Shown here piece by piece: positions 38,501 to 53,500 of a stretch of DNA of 64,000 nucleotides. Each line of letters starts with the position of its first letter. Position 1 is the first letter of the stretch. The DNA comes from Eledone cirrhosa (Eukaryota), in NCBI GenBank assembly GCA_964016885.1, contig OZ024742.1, positions 163,432,001 to 163,496,000 of the forward strand, read 5' to 3'. Both the position numbers and the translations under genes were made by a program. The notes under the pieces were generated by a model. That model did not search any database. It saw nothing but the letters and a program-made list of their open reading frames with translations, and had not been told where the DNA came from.

Positions 38501-41500
38501 GCTGGAAATTATCTCCCCTTGCACGGCTGGAAATTATCTCCCCTTGGCTGGAAATTATCTCCCCTTGGACGGCTGAAAATTATCTCCCCTTGGACGGCTG
38601 GAAATTATCTCCCCTTGATTTTTTTTAAAAATTATCTCCCCCTGATTTTTTTTACAAATTATCTCCCCCTGATTTTTTTACAAATTATCTCCCCCTGATT
38701 TTTTTACAAATTATCTCCCCTTGGCTGGCTGGAAATTATCTCCCATTGGAGGCTGGAATTTATCTCCCCTTGGACGGCTAGAAATTACCTCTCCTTGGAC
38801 GGCTGGAAAATATGTCTCCTTGGACGGCTGGATATTATCTGCCCTTGGACGGCTGGAAATTATCTCCCCTTGGACGGCTGGAAATTATCTCCCCTTGGAC
38901 GGCTAGATATTACCTCCCCTTGGACGGCTGGAAATTATCTCCCCTTGATTTTTTTTACAAATTATCTCCCCCTGATTTTTTTACAAATTATCTCCCCCTG
39001 ATTTTTTTTACAATCTCCGCCTGATTTTTTAAAAAATTATCTTCCCTTGGCTGGCGGGAAATTATCTCGCCTTGGACGGCTGGAAATTATCTCCCCTTGG
39101 AAGGATGGAAATTATCTCCCCTTGGACGGCTGGAAATTATCTCCCCTTGCACGGCTGAAAATTATCTCCCCTTGGACAGCTGGAAATTATCTGTCCTTGA
39201 TTTTGTTTTTATAAATTATCTCCCCCTGATTTTTTTTACAAATTATCTCCCCCTGATTTTTTTTTACAAATTATCTCCGCCTGATTTTTTTTAAAATTAT
39301 ATCTCCTTGGACGGCTGGAAATTATCTCCCCTTGATTTTTTTTACAAATTATCTCCCCCTGATTTTTTTTTACAAATTATCTCCCCCTGATTTTTTTTTA
39401 CAAATTATCTAGCCCTGATTTTTTTTTACAAATTATCTCCCCCTGATTTTTTTACAAATTATCTCCCCCTGATTTTTTTTTTACAAATTATCTCCCCTTG
39501 ATTTTTTAACAAATTATCTCCCCCTGATTTTTTTTACAAATTATCTCCCCCTGATTTTTTTACAAATTATCTCCCCTTGGCTGGCTGGAAATTATCTCCC
39601 CTTGGACGGCTGAAAATTATCTCCCCTTGGACGGCTGGAAATTATCTCCCCTTGATTTTTTTACAAATTATCTCCCCCTGATTTTTTTTTACAAATTATC
39701 TCCCCCTGATTTTTTTTTACAAATTATCTCCCCCTGATTTTTTTTTACAAATTATCTCCCCCTGATTTTTTTTACAAATTATCCCCCCCTGATTTTTTTA
39801 CAAATTATCTCCCCTTGGCTGGCTGGAAATTATCTCCCCTTGGAGGCTGGAATTTATCTCCCCTTGGACGGCTAGAAATTATCTCTCCTTGGACGGCTGG
39901 AAAATATGTCTACTTGGACGGCTGGATATTATCTCCCCATGGACGGCTGGAAATTATCTCCCCTTGGACCGCTAGATATTACCTCCCCTTGGACGGCTGG
40001 AAATTATCTCCCCTTGGCTGGCGGGAAATTATCTCCCCTTGGACGGCTGGAAATTATATCCCCTTGGAAGGATGGAAATTATCTCCCCTTGGACGGCTGG
40101 AAATTATCTCCCCTTGGACGGCTGGAAATTATCTCCCCTTGGACAGCTGGAAATTATCTGCCCTTGATTTTGTTTTTACAAATTATCTCCCCCTGATTTT
40201 TTTTACAAATTATCTCCACCTGATTTTTTTAAAAATTATCTCCCCTTGGACGGCAGTAAATTATCTCTCCTTGGACGGCTAGAAATTATCTCTATTTGGA
40301 CGGCTGGAAATTATCTCCCTTTGATTTTTTTTACAAATTATCTCCCCCTGATTTTTTTTTAAAATTATCTCTCCTTGGACGGCTGGAAATTATCTCCCCT
40401 TGATTTTTTTTACAAATTATCTCCCCCTGATTTTTTTTACAAATTATCTCCCCCTGATATTTTTTACAAATTATCTCCCCCTGATTTTTTTTACAAATTA
40501 TCTCCCCTTGGCAGGCTGGAAATTATCTCCCCTTGGAGGCTGGAATTTATCTCCCCTTGGACGGCTAGAAATTACCTCGGCTTGGACGGCTGGAAAATAT
40601 GTCTCCTTGGACGGCTGGAAATTATCTCCCCTTGGACGGCTGGAAATTATCTCCCCTTGGACGGCTGGAAATTATCTCCCCTTGGACGGCTAGATATTAC
40701 CTCCCCTTGGACGGCTGGAAATTATCTCCCCTTGATTTTTTTTTACAAATTATCTCCCCCTGATTTTTTTTTACAAATTATCTCCCCCTGATTTTTTTTT
40801 ACGAATTATCTCCCCCTGATTTTTTTTTACAAATTATCTCCGCCTGATTTTTTTTAAAAAATTATCTCCCCTTGGACGGCTGGAAATTATCTCCCCTTGG
40901 ACGGCTGGAAATTATCTCCCCTTGGACGGCTAGAAATTACCTCTCCTTGGACGGCTGAAAATTATCTCCCCTTGGACGGCTGCAAATTATCTCCCCTTGA
41001 TTTTTTTAACAAATCATCTCCCCCTGATTTTTTTTTACAAATTATCTCCCCCTGATTTTTTTTTACAAATTATCTACGCCTAATTTTTTTTACAAATTAT
41101 CTCCCCCTGATTTTTTTTCACAAATTATCTCCCCCTGATTTTTTTTACAAATTATCTCCCCCTGATTTTTTTACAAATTATCTCCCCCCTGATTTTTATT
41201 ACAATCTCCGCCTGATTTTTAAAAAAATTATCTTCCCTTGGCTGGCGGGAAATTATCTCCCCTTGGACGGCTGGAAATTATATCCCCTTGGAAGGATGGA
41301 AATTATCTCCCCTTGGACGGCTGGAAATTATCTCCCCTTGGACGGCTGGAAATTATCTCCCCTTGGACAGCTGGAAATTATCTGCCCTTGATTTTGTTTT
41401 TACAAATTATCTCCCCCTGATTTTTTTTACAAATTATCTCCACCTGATTTTTTAAAAAATTATCTCCCCTTGGACGGCTGGAAATTATCTCCCCTTGGCT

Positions 41501-44500
41501 CGAAATTATCTCCCCTTGGACGGCTAGAAATTATCTCTCTTTGGACGGCTGGAAATTATCTCCCTTTGATTTTTTTTACAAATTATCTCCCCCTGATTTT
41601 TTTTTACAAATCTCCCCCTGATTTTTTAAAAAAAATTATCTCCCCTTCGCTGGCTGGAAATTATCTCCCCTTGGACACTGGAAATTATAGCCCCTTGGAG
41701 GGCTGGAAATTATCTTCCCTTGGACGGCTGGAAATTATCACTCCTTGATTTTTTTACAAATTATCTCCCCCTGATTTTTTTTTACAAATTATCCCCCCCG
41801 ATTTTTTTTACAAATTATCTCCCCCTGATTTTTTTTACAAATTATCTCCCCTTGGACGGCTGGAAATTATCTCCCCTTGGACGGCTGGAAATTATCTCCC
41901 CTTGGACGGCTGGAAATTATCTCCCCTTGGACGGCTAGATATTACCTCCCCTTGGACGGCTGGAAATTATCTCCCCTTGATTTTTTTTTACAAATTATCT
42001 CCCCCTGATTTTTTTTTACAAATTATCTCCCCCTGATTTTTTTTTACGAATTATCTCCCCCTGATTTTTTTTTACAAATTATCTCCGCCTGATTTTTTTA
42101 AAAAAATTATCTCCCCTTGGACGGCTGGAAATTATCTCCCCTTGGACGGCTGGAAATTATCTCCCCTTGGACGGCTAGAAATTACCTCTCCTTGGACGGC
42201 TGAAAATTATCTCCCCTTGGACGGCTGCAAATTATCTCCCCTTGATTTTTTTAACAAATTATCTCCCCCTGATTTTTTTTTACAAATTATCTCCCCCTGA
42301 TTTTTTTTTACAAATTATCTACGCCTAATTTTTTTTACAAATTATCTCCCCCTGATTTTTTTTCACAAATTATCTCCCCCTGATTTTTTTTACAAATTAT
42401 CTCCCCCTGATTTTTTTACAAATTATCTCCCCCCTGATTTTTATTACAATCTCCGCCTGATTTTTAAAAAAATTATCTTCCCTTGGCTGGCGGGAAATTA
42501 TCTCCCCTTGGACGGCTGGAAATTATATCCCCTTGGAAGGATGGAAATTATCTCCCCTTGGACGGCTGGAAATTATCTCCCCTTGGACGGCTGGAAATTA
42601 TCTCCCCTTGGACAGCTGGAAATTATCTGCCCTTGATTTTGTTTTTACAAATTATCTCCCCCTGATTTTTTTTTACAAATTATCTCCCCCTGATTTTTTT
42701 TTACAAATTAGCTAGCCCTGATTTTTTTTTACAAATTATCTCCCCCTGATTTTTTTACAAATTATCTCCCCCTGATTTTTTTTTTACAAATTATCTCCCC
42801 TTGATTTTTTAACAAATTATCTCCCCCTGATTTTTTTTACAAATTATCTCCCCCTGATTTTTTTACAAATTATCTCCCCTTGGCTGGCTGGAAATTATCT
42901 CCCCTTGGACGGCTGAAAATTATCTCCCCTTGGACGGCTGGAAATTATCTCCCCTTGATTTTTTTACAAATTATCTCCCCCTGATTTTTTTTTACAAATT
43001 ATCTCCCCCTGATTTTTTTTTACAAATTATCTCCCCCTGATTTTTTTTTACAAATTATCTCCCCCTGATTTTTTTTACAAATTATCCCCCCCTGATTTTT
43101 TTACAAATTATCTCCCCTTGGCTGGCTGGAAATTATCTCCCCTTGGAGGCTGGAATTTATCTCCCCTTGGACGGCTAGAAATTATCTCTCCTTGGACGGC
43201 TGGAAAATATGTCTACTTGGACGGCTGGATATTATCTCCCCATGGACGGCTGGAAATTATCTCCCCTTGGACCGCTAGATATTACCTCCCCTTGGACGGC
43301 TGGAAATTATCTCCCCTTGGCTGGCGGGAAATTATCTCCCCTTGGACGGCTGGAAATTATATCCCCTTGGAAGGATGGAAATTATCTCCCCTTGGACGGC
43401 TGGAAATTATCTCCCCTTGGACGGCTGGAAATTATCTCCCCTTGGACAGCTGGAAATTATCTGCCCTTGATTTTGTTTTTACAAATTATCTCCCCCTGAT
43501 TTTTTTTACAAATTATCTCCACCTGATTTTTTAAAAAATTATCTCCCCTTGGACGGCAGTAAATTATCTCTCCTTGGACGGCTAGAAATTATCTCTATTT
43601 GGACGGCTGGAAATTATCTCCCTTTGATTTTTTTTACAAATTATCTCCCCCTGATTTTTTTTTAAAATTATCTCTCCTTGGACGGCTGGAAATTATCTCC
43701 CCTTGATTTTTTTTACAAATTATCTCCCCCTGATTTTTTTTACAAATTATCTCCCCCTGATATTTTTTACAAATTATCTCCCCCTGATTTTTTTTACAAA
43801 TTATCTCCCCTTGGCAGGCTGGAAATTATCTCCCCTTGGAGGCTGGAATTTATCTCCCCTTGGACGGCTAGAAATTACCTCGGCTTGGACGGCTGGAAAA
43901 TATGTCTCCTTGGACGGCTGGAAATTATCTCCCCTTGGACGGCTGGAAATTATCTCCCCTTGGACGGCTGGAAATTATCTCCCCTTGGACGGCTAGATAT
44001 TACCTCCCCTTGGACGGCTGGAAATTATCTCCCCTTGATTTTTTTTTACAAATTATCTCCCCCTGATTTTTTTTTACAAATTATCTCCCCCTGATTTTTT
44101 TTTACGAATTATCTCCCCCTGATTTTTTTTTACAAATTATCTCCGCCTGATTTTTTTTTAAAAATTATCTCCCCTTGGACGGCTGGAAATTATCTCCCCT
44201 TGGACGGCTGGAAATTATCTCCCCTTGGACGGCTAGAAATTACCTCTCCTTGGACGGCTGAAAATTATCTCCCCTTGGACGGCTGCAAATTATCTCCCCT
44301 TGATTTTTTTAACAAATTATCTCCCCCTGATTTTTTTTTACAAATTATCTCCCCCTGATTTTTTTTTACAAATTATCTACGCCTAATTTTTTTTACAAAT
44401 TATCTCCCCCTGATTTTTTTTCACAAATTATCTCCCCCTGATTTTTTTTACAAATTATCTCCCCCTGATTTTTTTACAAATTATCTCCCCCCTGATTTTT

Positions 44501-47500
44501 ATTACAATCTCCGCCTGATTTTTAAAAAAATTATCTTCCCTTGGCTGGCGGGAAATTATCTCCCCTTGGACGGCTGGAAATTATATCCCCTTGGAAGGAT
44601 GGAAATTATCTCCCCTTGGACGGCTGGAAATTATCTCCCCTTGGACGGCTGGAAATTATCTCCCCTTGGACAGCTGGAAATTATCTGCCCTTGATTTTGT
44701 TTTTACAAATTATCTCCCCCTGATTTTTTTTACAAATTATCTCCACCTGATTTTTTAAAAAATTATCTCCCCTTGGACGGCTGGAAATTATCTCCCCTTG
44801 GCTCGAAATTATCTCCCCTTGGACGGCTAGAAATTATCTCTCTTTGGACGGCTGGAAATTATCTCCCTTTGATTTTTTTTACAAATTATCTCCCCCTGAT
44901 TTTTTTTTACAAATCTCCCCCTGATTTTTTAAAAAAAATTATCTCCCCTTCGCTGGCTGGAAATTATCTCCCCTTGGACACTGGAAATTATAGCCCCTTG
45001 GAGGGCTGGAAATTATCTTCCCTTGGACGGCTGGAAATTATCACTCCTTGATTTTTTTACAAATTATCTCCCCCTGATTTTTTTTTACAAATTATCCCCC
45101 CCGATTTTTTTTACAAATTATCTCCCCCTGATTTTTTTTACAAATTATCTCCCCTTGGACGGCTGGAAATTATCTCCCCTTGGACGGCTGGAAATTATCT
45201 CCCCTTGGACGGCTAGAAATTACCTCTCCTTGGACGACTGAAAATTATCTCCCCTTGGACGGCTGCAAATTATCTCCCCTTGATTTTTTTTACAAATTAT
45301 CTACCCCTGATTTTTTTTTACAAATTATCTCCCCCTGATTTTTTTTACAAATAAACTCCCCCTGATTATTTTTTACAAATTATCTCCCCCTGATTTTTTT
45401 TTACAAATTACCTCCCCCTGATTTTTTTTACAAATTATCTCCCCCTGATTTTTTTACAAATTATCTCCCCTTGGCTGGCTGGAAATTATCTCCCCTTGGA
45501 GGCTGGAATTTATCTCCCCTTGGACGGCTGGAAATTATCTCTCCTTGGATGGCTAGAAATTACCTCTCCTTGGACGGCTGGAAAATATGTCTCCTTGGAC
45601 GGCTGGAAATTATCTCCCCTTGGACGGCTGGAAATTATCTCCCCTTGGACGGCTGGAAATTATCTCTCCTTGGACGGCTAGAAATTACCTCTCCTTGGAC
45701 GGCTGAAAATTATCTCCCCTTGGACGGCTGAAAATTATCTCCCCTTGATTTTTGTTACAAATTATCTCCCCCTGATTTTTTTTTACAAATTATCTCCCCC
45801 TGATTTTTTTTTACAAATTATCTTCCCCTGATTTTTTTTTACAAATTATCTCCCCCTGATATTTTTTGCAAATTATCTCCCCCTGATTTTTTTACAAATT
45901 ATCTCCCCTTGGCTGGCTGGAAATTATCTCCCCTTGGAGGCTTGAATTTATCTCCCCTTGGACGGTTAGAAATTACCTCTCCTTGGACGGCTAGAAAATA
46001 TGTCTCCTTGGACGGCTGGAAATTATCTCCCCTTGGACGGCTGGAAATTATCTCCCCTTGGACGGCTGGAAATTATCTCCCCTTGGACGGCTAGATATTA
46101 CCTCCCCTTGGACGGCTGGAAATTATCTCCCCTTGATTTTTTTTACAAATTATCTCCCCCTGATTTTTTTTTTACGAATTATCTCCCCCTGATTTTTGTT
46201 TTAAAACTATCTCCGCCTGATTTTTTTTTAAAAATGATCTCCCCTTGGACGGCTGGAAATTATCTCCCCTTGGACGGCTGGAAATTATCTCCCCTTGGAC
46301 GGCTAGAAATTACCTCTCCTTGGACGGCTGAAAATTATCTCCCCTTGGACGGCTGCAAATTATCTCCCCTTGATTTTTTTAACAAATTATCTCCCCCTGA
46401 TTTTTTTTACAAATTATCTCTCCCTGATTTTTTTTTACAAATTATCTACGCCTAATTTTTTTTACAAATTATCTCCCCCTGATTTTTTTTTACAAATTAT
46501 CTCCCCCTGATTTTTTTTTACAAATTATCTCCCCCTGATTTTTTTTTTACAAATTATCTCCCCCCTGATTTTATTTACAATCTCCGCCTGATTTTTTTAA
46601 AAATTATCTTCACTTGGCTGGCGGGAAATTATCTCCCCTTGGACGGCTGGAAATTATATCCCCTTGGAAGGATGGAAATTATCTCCCCTTGGACGGCTGG
46701 AAATTATCTCCCCTTGGACGGCTGGAAATTATCTCCCCTTGGACAGCTGGAAATTATCTGCCCTTGATTTTGTTTTTACAAATTATCTCCCCCTGATTTT
46801 TTTTACAAATTATCTCCACCTGATTTTTAAAAAATTATCTCCCCTTGGACGGCAGTAAATTATCTCTCCTTGGCTGGAAATTATCTCCCCTTGGACGGCT
46901 AGAAATTATCTCTATTTGGACGGCTGGAAATTATCTCCCTTTGATTTTTTTTACAAATTATCTCCCCCTGATTTTTTTTAAAAATTATCTCTCCTTGGAC
47001 GGCTGGAAATTATCTCCCCTTGATTTTTTTTATAAATTATCTCCCCCTGATTTTTTTTACAAATCTCCCCCTGATTTTTAAAAAAAAATTATCTCCCCTT
47101 CGCTGGCTGGAAATTATCTCCCCTTGGACACTGGAAATTATAGCCCCTTGGAGGGCTGGAAATTATCTTCCCTTGGACGGCTGGAAATTATCTCTCCTTG
47201 ATTTTTTTACAAATTATCTCCCCCTGATTTTTTTTTACAAATTATCCCCCCGATTTTTTTTACAAATTATCTCCCCCTGATTTTTTTTACAAATTATCTC
47301 CCCTTGGACGGCTGGAAATTATCTCCCCTTGGACGGCTGGAAATTATCTCCCCTTGGACGGCTAGAAATTACCTCTCCTTGGACGACTGAAAATTATCTC
47401 CCCTTGGACGGCTGCAAATTATCTCCCCTTGATTTTTTTTACAAATTATCTACCCCTGATTTTTTTTTACAAATTATCTCCCCCTGATTTTTTTTACAAA

Positions 47501-50500
47501 TTATCTCCCCCTGATTTTTTTACAAATTATCTCCCCCTGATTTTTTTACAAATTATCTCCCCCTGATTTTTTTTACAAATTATCTCCGCCTAATTTTTTT
47601 AAATATTATCTTCCCTTGGCTGGCGGGAAATTATCTCCCCTTGGACGGCTGAAAATTATCTCCCCTTGGACGGCTGGAAATTATCTCCCCTTGATTTTTT
47701 TTACAAATAAACTCCCCCTGATTATATTTTACAAATTATCTCCCCCTGATTTTTTTTTACAAATTATCTCCCCCTGATTTTTTTTACAAATTATCTCCCC
47801 CTGATTTTTTTACAAATTATCTCCCCTTGGCTGGCTGGAAATTATCTCCCCTTGGAGGCTGGAATTTATCTCCCCTTGGACGGCTGGAAATTATCTCTCC
47901 TTGGACGGCTAGAAATTACCTCTCCTTGGACGGCTGGAAAATATGTCTCCTTGGACGGCTGGAAATTATCTCCCCTTGCACGGCTGGAAATTATCTCCCC
48001 TTGGACGGCTGGAAATTATCTCTCCTTGGACGGCTAGAAATTACCTCTCCTTGGACGGCTGAAAATTATCTCCCCTTGGACGGCTGGAAATTATCTCCCC
48101 TTGATTTTTGTTACAAATTATCTCCCCTGATTTTTTTTTACAAATTATCTCCCCCTGATTTTTTTTTACAAATTATCTTCCCCTGATTTTTTATAACAAA
48201 TTATCTCCCCCTGATATTTTTTACAAATTATCTCCCCCTGATTTTTTTACAAAGTATCTCCCCTTGGCTGGCTGGAAATTATCTCCCCTTGGAGGCTGGA
48301 ATTTATCTCCCCTTGGACGGTTAGAAATTACCTCTCCTTGGACGGCAAGAAAATATGTCTCCTTGGACGGCTGGAAATTATCTCCCCTTGGACGGCTGGA
48401 AATTATCTCCCCTTGGACGGCTGGAAATTATCTCCCCTTGGACGGCTAGATATTACCTCCCCTTGGACGGCTGGAAATTATCTCCCCTTGATTTTTTTTA
48501 CAAATTATCTCCCCCTGATTTTTTTTACAAATTATCTCCCCCTGATTTTTTTACAAATTATCTCCCCCTGATTTTTTTACAAATTATCTCCCCCTGATTT
48601 TTTTTACAAATTATCTCCGCCTAATTTTTTTAAATATTATCTTCCCTTGGCTGGCGGGAAATTATCTCCCCTTGGACGGCTGAAAATTATCTCCCCTTGG
48701 ACGGCTGGAAATTATCTCTCCTTGATTTTTTTTACAAATAAACTCCCCCTGATTATATTTTACAAATTATCTCCCCCTGATTTTTTTTACAAATTATCTC
48801 CCCCTGATTTTTTTACAAATTATCTCCCCTTGGCTGGCTGGAAATTATCTCCCCTTGGAGGCTGGAATTTATCTCCCCTTGGACGGCTGGAAATTATCTC
48901 TCCTTGGACGGCTAGAAATTACCTCTCCTTGGACGGCTGGAAAATAATTCTCCTTGGACGGCTGGAAATTATCTCCCCTTGCACGGCTGGAAATTATCTC
49001 CCCTTGGACGGCTGGAAATTATCTCTCCTTGGACGGCTAGAAATTACCTCTCCTTGGACGGCTGAAAATTATCTCCCCTTGGCTGGCTGGAAATTATCTC
49101 CCCTTGGAGGCTGGAATTTATCTCCCCTTGGACGGTTAGAAATTACCTCTCCTTTGACGGCAAGAAAATATGTATCCTTGGACGGCTGGAAATTATCTCC
49201 CCTTGGACGGCTGGAAATTATCTCCCCTTGGACGGCTGGAAATTATCTCCCCTTGGACGGCTAGATATTACCTCCCCTTGGACGGCTGGAAATTATCTCC
49301 CCTTGATTTTTTTTACAAATTATCTCCCCCTAATTTTTTTTACAAATTATCTCCCCCTGATTTTTTTTACGAATTATCTCCCCCTGATTTTTTTTTACAA
49401 ACTATCTCCGCCTGATTTTTTTTTTAAAATGATCTCCCCTTGGACGGCTGGAAATTATCTCCCCTTGGACGGCTGGAAATTATCTCCCCTTGGACGGCTA
49501 GAAATTACCTCTCCTTGGAGGCTGAAAATTATCTCCCCTTGGACGGCTGCAAATTATCTCCCCTTGATTTTTTTAACAAATTATCTCCCCCTGATTTTTT
49601 TTACAAATTATCTCCCCCTGATTTTTTTTACAAATTATCTACGTCTAATTTTTTTTACAAATTATCTCCTGATTTTTTTTACAAATTATCTCCCCCTGAT
49701 TTTTTTTTACAAATTATCTCCCCCTGATTTTTTTTTACAAATTATCTCCCCCCTGATTTTTTTTACAATCTCCGCCTGATTTTTTTAAAAATTATCTTCC
49801 CTTGGCTGGCGGGAAATTATCTCCCCTTGGACGGCTGGAAATTATATCCCCTTGGAAGGATGGAAATTATCTCCCCTTGGACGGCTGGAAATTATCTCCC
49901 CTTGGACGGCTGGAAATTATCTCCCCTTGGACAGCTGGAAATTATCTGCCCTTGATTTTGTTTTTACAAATTATCTCCCCCTGATTTTTTTTACAAATTA
50001 TCTCCACCTGATTTTTTAAAAAATTATCTCCCCTTGGACGGCAGTAAATTATCTCTCCTTGGCTGGAAATTATCTCCCCTTGGACGGCTAGAAATTATCT
50101 CTATTTGGACGGCTGGAAATTATCTCCCTTTGATTTTTTTTACAAATTATCTCCCCCTGATTTTTTTAAAAAATTATATCTCCTTGGACGACTGGAAATT
50201 ATCTCCCCTTGATTTTTTTTACAAATTATCTCCCCCTGATTTTTTTTTACAAATTATCTCCGCCTGATTTTTTTTAAAAAATTATCTCCCCTTGGACGGC
50301 TGGAAATTATCTCCCCTTGGACGGCTGGAAATTATCTCCCCTTGGACGGCTAGAAATTACCTCTCCTTGGACGGCTGAAAATTATCTCCCCTTGGACGGC
50401 TGCAAATTATCTCCCCTTGATTTTTTTAACAAATTATCTCCCCCTGATTTTTTTTTACAAATTATCTCCCCCTGATTTTTTTTTACAAATTATCTACGCC

Positions 50501-53500
50501 TAATTTTTTTTACAAATTATCTCCCCCTGATTTTTTTTTACAAATTATCTCCCCGTGATTTTTTTTACAAATTATCTCCCCCTGATTTTTTTTTACAAAT
50601 TATCTCCGCCTGATTTTTTTTTAAAATTATCTCTGCTTGGACGGCTGGATATTATCTCCCCTTTCATTTTTTTTACAAATTATCTCCCCCTGATTTTTTT
50701 TTACAAATTATCTACCCCTGATTTTTTTTTACAAATTATCTCCCCCTGATTTTTTTTACAAATTATCTCCCCCTGATTTTTTTTTTACAAATTATTTCCC
50801 CCTGATTTTTTTACAAATTATCTGCCCCTGATTTTTTTTACAAATTATCTCCGCCTGATTTTTTTAAATATTATCTTACCTTGGCTGGCGGGAAATTATC
50901 TCCCCTTGGACGGCTGAAAATTATCTCCCCTTGGACGGCTGGAAATTATCTCCCCTTGATTTTTTTTACAAATTATCTCCCCCTGATTTTTTTTTACAAA
51001 TTATCTCCCCCTGATTTTTTTTTACAAATTATCTCCCCCTGATTTTTTTTTACAAATTATCTCCCCCTGATTTTTTTTACAAATTATCTCCCCCTGATTT
51101 TTTTACAAATTATCTCCCCTTGGATGGCTGGAAATTATCTCCCCTTGGAGGCTGGAATTTATCTCCCCTTGGACGGCTAGAAATTACCTCTCCTTGGACG
51201 GCTGGAAAATATGTCCTTGGACGGCTGGATATTATCTACCCTTGGACAGCTGGAAATTATCTCCCCTTGGACGGCTGGAAATTATCTCCCCTTGGACGGC
51301 TAGATATTACCTCCCCTTGGACGGCTGGAAATTATCTCCCCTTGATTTATTTTACAAATTATCTCCCCCTGATTTTTTTTTACAAATTATCTCCCCCTGA
51401 TTTTTTTTTTACAAATTATCTACCCCTGATTTTTTTTTACAAATTATCTCCCCCTGATTTTTTTTACAAATTATCTCCCTGATTTTTTACAAATTATCTC
51501 CCCCTGATTTTTTTACAAATTATCTTCCCTTGGCTGGCGGGAAATTATCTCCCCTTGGACGGCTGGAAATTATCTCCCCTTGCACGGCTGGAAATTATCT
51601 CCCCTTGGTCGGCTAGAAATGACCTCTCCTTGGACGGCTGAAAATTATCTCCCCTTGGACGGCTGGAAATTATCTCCCCTTGGAAGGCTGGAAATTATCT
51701 CCCCTTGGACGGCTGGAAATTATCTCCCCTTGCACGGCTGGAAATTATCTCCCCTTGGACAGCTGGAAATTATCTGCCCTTGATTTTGTTTTTACAAATT
51801 ATCTCCCCTGATTTTTTTTACAAATTATCTCCACCTGATTTTTTAAAAAATTATCTCCCCTTGGACGGCTGGAAATTATCTCCCCTTGGACGGCTAGAAA
51901 TTATCTCTCTTTGGACGGCTGGAAATTATCTCCCTTTGATTTTTTTTACAAATTATCTCCCTCTGATTTTTTTTACAAATTGCCCCCGGATTTTTTAAAA
52001 AAAATTATCTCCCCTTCGCTGGCTGGAAATTATCTCCCCTTGGACACTGGAAATTATAGCCCCTTGGAGGGCTGGAAATTATCTTCCCTTGGACGGCTGG
52101 AAATTATCTCCCCTTGATTTTTTTTACAAATTATCTCCCCCTGATTTTTTTTACAAATTATCTCCCCCTGATTTTTTTTTACAAATTATCTCCGCCTGAT
52201 TTTTTTTTTAAATTATCTCTCCTTGGACGGCTGGAAATTATCTCCCCTTGATTTTTTTTACAAATCATCTCCCCCTGATTTTTTTTACAAATTATCTCCC
52301 CCTGATTTTTTTTTACAAATTATCTACCCCTGATTTTTTTTTACAAATTATCTCCCCCTGATTTTTTTTACAAATTATCTCCCCCTGATTTTTTTTACAA
52401 ATTATCTCCCCCTGATTTTTTTACAAATTATCTCCCCCTGATTTTTTTTACAAATTATCTCCGCCTAATTTTTTTAAATATTATCTCCCCTTGGACGGCT
52501 GAAAATTATCTCCCCTTGGACGGCTGGAAATTATCTCCCCTTGATTTTTTTACAAATTATCTCCCCCTGATTATTTTTTACAAATTATCTCCCCCTGATT
52601 TTTTTTACAAATCATCTCCCCCTGATTTTTTTTTACAAATTATCTCCCCCTGATATTTTTTACAAATTATCTCCCCCTGATTTTTTTACAAATTATCTCC
52701 CCTTGGCTGGCTGGAAATTATCTCCCCTTGGAGGCTGGAATTTATCTCCCCTTGGACGGCTAGAAATTACCTCGCCTTGGACGGCTGGAAAATGTCTCCT
52801 TGGACGGCTGGAAATTATCTCCCCTTGGACGGCTGGAAATTATCTCCCCTTGGACGGCTAGATATTACCTCCCCTTGGACGGCTGGAAATTATCTCCCCT
52901 TGATTTTTTTTACAAATTATCTCCCCCTGATTTTTTTTTACAAATTATCTCCCCCTGATTTTTTTTACGAATTATCTCCCCCTGATTTTTTTTTACAAAT
53001 TATCTCCGCCTGATTTTTTTTTTTAAATTATCTCCCCTTGGACGGCTGGAAATTATCTCCCCTTGGACGGCTGGAAATTATCTCCCCTTGGACGGCTAGA
53101 AATTACCTCTCCTTGGACGGCTGAAAATTATCTCCCCATGGACGGCTGCAAATTATCTCCCCTTGATTTTTTTAACAAATTATCTCTCCCTGATTTTTTT
53201 TTACAAATTATCTCCCCCTGATTTTTTTTTACAAATTATCTCCCCCTGATTTTTTTTTACAAATTATCTCCCCCTGATTTTTTTTACAATCTCCGCCTGA
53301 TTTTTTTAAAAATTATCTTTCCTTGGCTGGCGGGAAATTATCTCCCCTTGGACGGCTGGAAATTATATCGCCTTGGAAGGATGGAAATTATCTCCCCTTG
53401 GACGGCTGGAAATTATCTCCCCTTGGACGGCTGGAAATTATCTGCCCTTGATTTTGTTTTTACAAATTATCTCCCCCTGATTTTTTTTACAAATTATCTC

